From NCBI GenBank assembly GCA_013239625.1, contig MU053810.1, positions 2,243,518-2,307,517 on the forward strand: a stretch of DNA of 64,000 bases. Direction: 5' to 3'. Shown here piece after piece: positions 60,440 through 64,000 of the stretch; within the stretch, counting starts at the first letter, position 1; every line of letters starts with the position of its first letter. The DNA comes from Lama guanicoe. Its lineage: Eukaryota. A program made the translations under genes and the position numbers. The notes beneath the pieces were generated by a model, which saw nothing but the letters and a program-made list of their open reading frames with translations, made no database searches and had not been told where the DNA came from.

Positions 60440-62440
60440 CCTCTGTAATAGTTACCCTGCAGGTTCACCCACACAGGTATGTAAGCCTGCTGCTTTCTCT
60501 CCCATTGTTTTAAAATGTCTGCCCCGAATTCTGGTTTCTCCACAGCCACCACCCCATTTTTCTCTTGCCCTAGCTGCAAAAGAGTCTACAAAAAAAAAAA
60601 AAAAAAAAAAACTGTCTACAGTTGCTTTCTCTAATTCCTGTTTCCATTCTCTCTTGAACTTCAATCCAATTCTCACCCTCACCACTTCACTGAAACCACT
60701 CATCGCGAGGACACCAATGACTCTGACACGGTCAGCCCTCGGTCCCCATCTTGTTGCTCCATCAGCAGCATCTGACTCAGTTTATCCACCCTTCCTGACT
60801 GAAGCACATTCCTCACTTGGCTTTCAGATTAGCACACTCTCCTGGGTCTCTTACCACCTCACTGGCTGTTACGAATTGAACTGTGTCCCCTCAAAAAAAG
60901 ATTTGTTGAAGTCTTAACCCCCAATACCTGGGAATGTAAACTTATTTGGAAATAGGGTCTTTGCAGACTTCCCAAATAGAACCAGGTGAAGTTGAGGTCA
61001 TTATGGTGGGCCCTAATCCAAATGAAAGGTGTCCTGATGGAATGGGAAGACTTGGACACACGCAGGCACAGAGGGAAGATGAAGTGAAGATACGGGGGGA
61101 AAGATAACCGTATGACTGGGGTAAAGCATCCACAAGCCACAGGAGACCGTGAGTGGCCAGAAAACCTCAGAAGCTAGAAGAGGCAAGGAGGGACTCCCCT
61201 CAGAGCCATCAAACGTTGACAGCCCTGCTAACACCTGGATTCAGACTTCTAGCCTCCAGAACTGTGAGACAATATACATCTGCTGTGTGAAGTCACCCAG
61301 GTTTTGGTACTTTGTTACGGCAGCTGCAGGAAGCCAAGACACTGGCTAACAACCCTCCTCAGCGCCTATGCTGGTTTCTCATCCCCCTGACCTCGGGGTG
61401 GCTCAGGACTCAGTCACTGTCCCACTTCACTTCCCTGTATGTATCCACCCCAAGCTGATCTCAACTAGTCTTACAGCTTTAAATCCCTTCCCTATGCTGA
61501 GGATTCCAGCCCCGACTTGTCTCCTGGTCTCCAGACTCATGTATGCACCTGCCTTCTTCACGCATCTTCTGATGGAAATCTCATACCTAACCAGTCCCAC
61601 ATCCAACACCCGATTCTCCCCAGATAACTCGTGCCTCCTTCCGTCTCTCCTGTTCCCATAAATTATTACTCATTGACCAATTTCTCAGACCGAAAAAAAA
61701 AAAAAGGCGATATTTGTCTCCTTGCATTTTCTATAACCCACATACTAAAGGTAAATGCTGGGGGCTCTACCTCCAAAATATATTCAGAACATGACCGCCT
61801 CCAGTCTCGATCACTATGACTACCATGGCGCCAACCCCACTGTTTCTCACCTGAATTACTACCATAGACACCCAGGGGGTCTCCCTGCCTCCTACAGCCT
61901 GTTCTCCACACAGCAACCAGACTGAATTTTGAAAAAATAGATACCATCACTCTTTCCTTCCCACTCAGTAAAAGCCAAATTCTTTAAATCTTCTAAAAGA
62001 CCTTTTATGATTCCTGCCTCCTCCAACTCCCACCTCCCGTCCCCTGTACTCCCTCCGTTCACTGTTCTTCTTACTGCTTCCGACACACCGATGTGCCTCC
62101 ACTTCCTGTCTTTAACCTCTCTCTTTCCCCGAACAGCACAGCTCACCTCCTCGGTTCCATCAGGTCTGCTCAAATATCCCATCATTGGAGACCACCCCTG
62201 ACTGTCCTGCATAAAACAGGAGCCCACCCCTCAATCCAGCGTTCTCTTTCCCTGCATGACTGTTTCCATAGCATCCAGCACCATGTGATTTATTAGCTAT
62301 TTACCCTTTTTTTTTTAATCTGTGTCCTTTCACTAGAATGAAGTTCCCTGAGAGCAAGGAAACTACTATCTCCCCCACTTCTAAACTTGGCCATGTACCT
62401 GGCAGGCACTTAATACACGTGTTGAGTGAATGAATAAATT
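60440..62440 (+). mobile_element. LINE-2, long 3' portion, interrupted by an MLT1 LTR
   Basis: L2 motifs on both sides of the LTR (tcagcagcatctgac, cctccaaaatatattcagaa, ttctccacacagcaaccaga) and terminus aggcacttaatacacgtgttgagtgaatgaat. Confidence 0.85.
60867..61341 (+). mobile_element. ERVL-MaLR solo LTR, MLT1C-like, with 5-bp TSD
   Basis: tgttacgaattgaactgtgtcccc...gacttctagcctccagaactgtgagac...aagccaagaca; TSD ctggc at 60862-60866 and 61342-61346. Confidence 0.92.
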
Positions 62441-64000
62441 AACAGATTTGTAGAAACTCCTAACATGAAGTGACATTGGCCTTTTTATACAAACAGCTTT
62501 CTCACAAGTTCATCTACCTAAATTTCTCCAAAGCTGGCACACGCACAGCTCTACCTCAGGATTGTAAAGACTGTGGCCATAAAAGTAAAAAATAAAATTC
62601 AGAGATCCTAGGAGGAAGGAAAACTGCAGATTTACGCCCCCCCCCCAAAAAAGAATACAAATATCATCCTTCCTTTAAACAATGTTTTTGCTCCTAAAGA
62701 TGGCTGGGTCCTGCTCAGCTGTGCGGTTCTGAGGGACTGACCCCGGCATCAGTGTCTCCCCTGCAGAGGTTGTACCTGCATCAGCTCCGCTCTGGGGACA
62801 ATCATCTGTAAATCATCGCACTTTACATGAACAGAAGTTAACAGCTGCCATCACAGAGCCATGTGAGTCAAGTGTCTGCAGGACGGAATGACCGTCCTGA
62901 AATGCACTTTCCTACTTCCCAACATGCAAAGTGCGAGCCCAGTGGAAAGAGACAAGAAACAAGACTATCAAAGCCGTCACCGATGACGACGCTGGTCGTG
63001 TTCTGTGTGTACACAGCAGGTGCACAGTTTGTGCAGTTTAATTCTATCTGACTGACTTCTATTTCATGTGCCTAGTTTTTTTTTTTCCCATTAGGATTTC
63101 AGCAGGTGCAATGTGACAAGTCAACACAGCTAAATTCTTAGCCACTGAGCTAAGAAAACTCTCTATTGCTAAGTGTTAGGGTGAGAGACAGCAGAAGCTG
63201 GGGGAAGGGGAAGAAGAAAGAGGCAATAAAGAGAAAGAAATGAGATTTTTAAAGAAATCTGTTATGTATGCCCAGGAGTGCTGTTAGAAATTTTATTCCT
63301 TTGTTTCCATATCTGAAGGATTTAGATACGTGGCTTATACGGCCAACCCCAGGTTCCCCCTCTAGTTTATCACTACAACACAGCAGAACTAGCATTCAAA
63401 ATGGGGTCTCCAGAAGGTGACAGTGTTGTGACATCCATTTTTTAAATGTTTTGAGTATTTGAGACGAGTGTACACATAAGGGGCTCAAAGAGGGGAAAGA
63501 TGGCCGAGCTGTGGTCAAGAAGATGAAACTACAAGAGTGATTTTGCTGCAAAGGAGACCCGAGAGTGGAAGTTGAATATACAAAAGATAAAGCAGTAGAA
63601 ATAAAGGTTGCACAGGCCACAGGCATATGAGTTGGAGTGATTTCAGCGTGGGGACACCCAGGATGTTACTATACACATGCCCAAATGCTCCAGGGACTGA
63701 AAAAGGACACAGCAAAACTAGTGGCATTGAAGCAAGACTCTGAGCCACACGCACAGTTATGATCTTGCTCCCTTATGCCTTTCAACCTGACTTCTGACCT
63801 CTTCAGGTGCCCATCCTTGCACACATCACACACGCGACACCTACCTCGTGCCACATGTCCTACAAAGGACACATGCAGTGGCTCTGCGTCATACTTAATG
63901 CTCTAAGTATGCAATTAATATCAAATCACTAGTAGTCATTAGAGATCTAATATTTTAGACTAACAGTAGAATGACATTTAATTGAATTTAATAAGTAAAT

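Noticed and set aside
60429..60917. 162-aa ORF with poly-Lys
   Set aside because: It runs through an L2 remnant, an A-run and the start of an MLT1 LTR.
1..64000. A named host gene or a novel multi-gene system
   Set aside because: No coding exon was recognised and I cannot match the candidate exons to a known transcript, so naming a gene or system would be unsupported.

Overview
Mammalian non-coding genomic DNA, most likely camelid (alpaca/camel). This is inferred from five tRNA(Ala)-derived Vic-1-type SINEs and the young L1 3' ends. No intact protein-coding exon could be recognised. The clearest gene-derived feature is a processed pseudogene of DCUN1D1 (29182-30327, +) with poly(A) tail, target-site duplication (TSD), a frameshifting deletion and a nonsense codon. 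The rest is a typical eutherian repeat landscape (young and old L1, L2, MIR, MaLR/ERVL solo LTRs, hAT and Tigger relics) plus a 158-N assembly gap. Weak but concordant signs suggest the window lies in long introns of an unidentified gene transcribed on the minus strand: splice-site-bounded segments, a candidate recursive splice site, and a T>C bias in the retrocopy. The most unusual unexplained stretch is 45250-45660, a CpG-retaining candidate exon with a coding-like 52-codon ORF. I found no convincing evidence of a novel multi-gene system. Repeat subfamily names come from recalled consensus sequences, and boundaries of old repeats are approximate.
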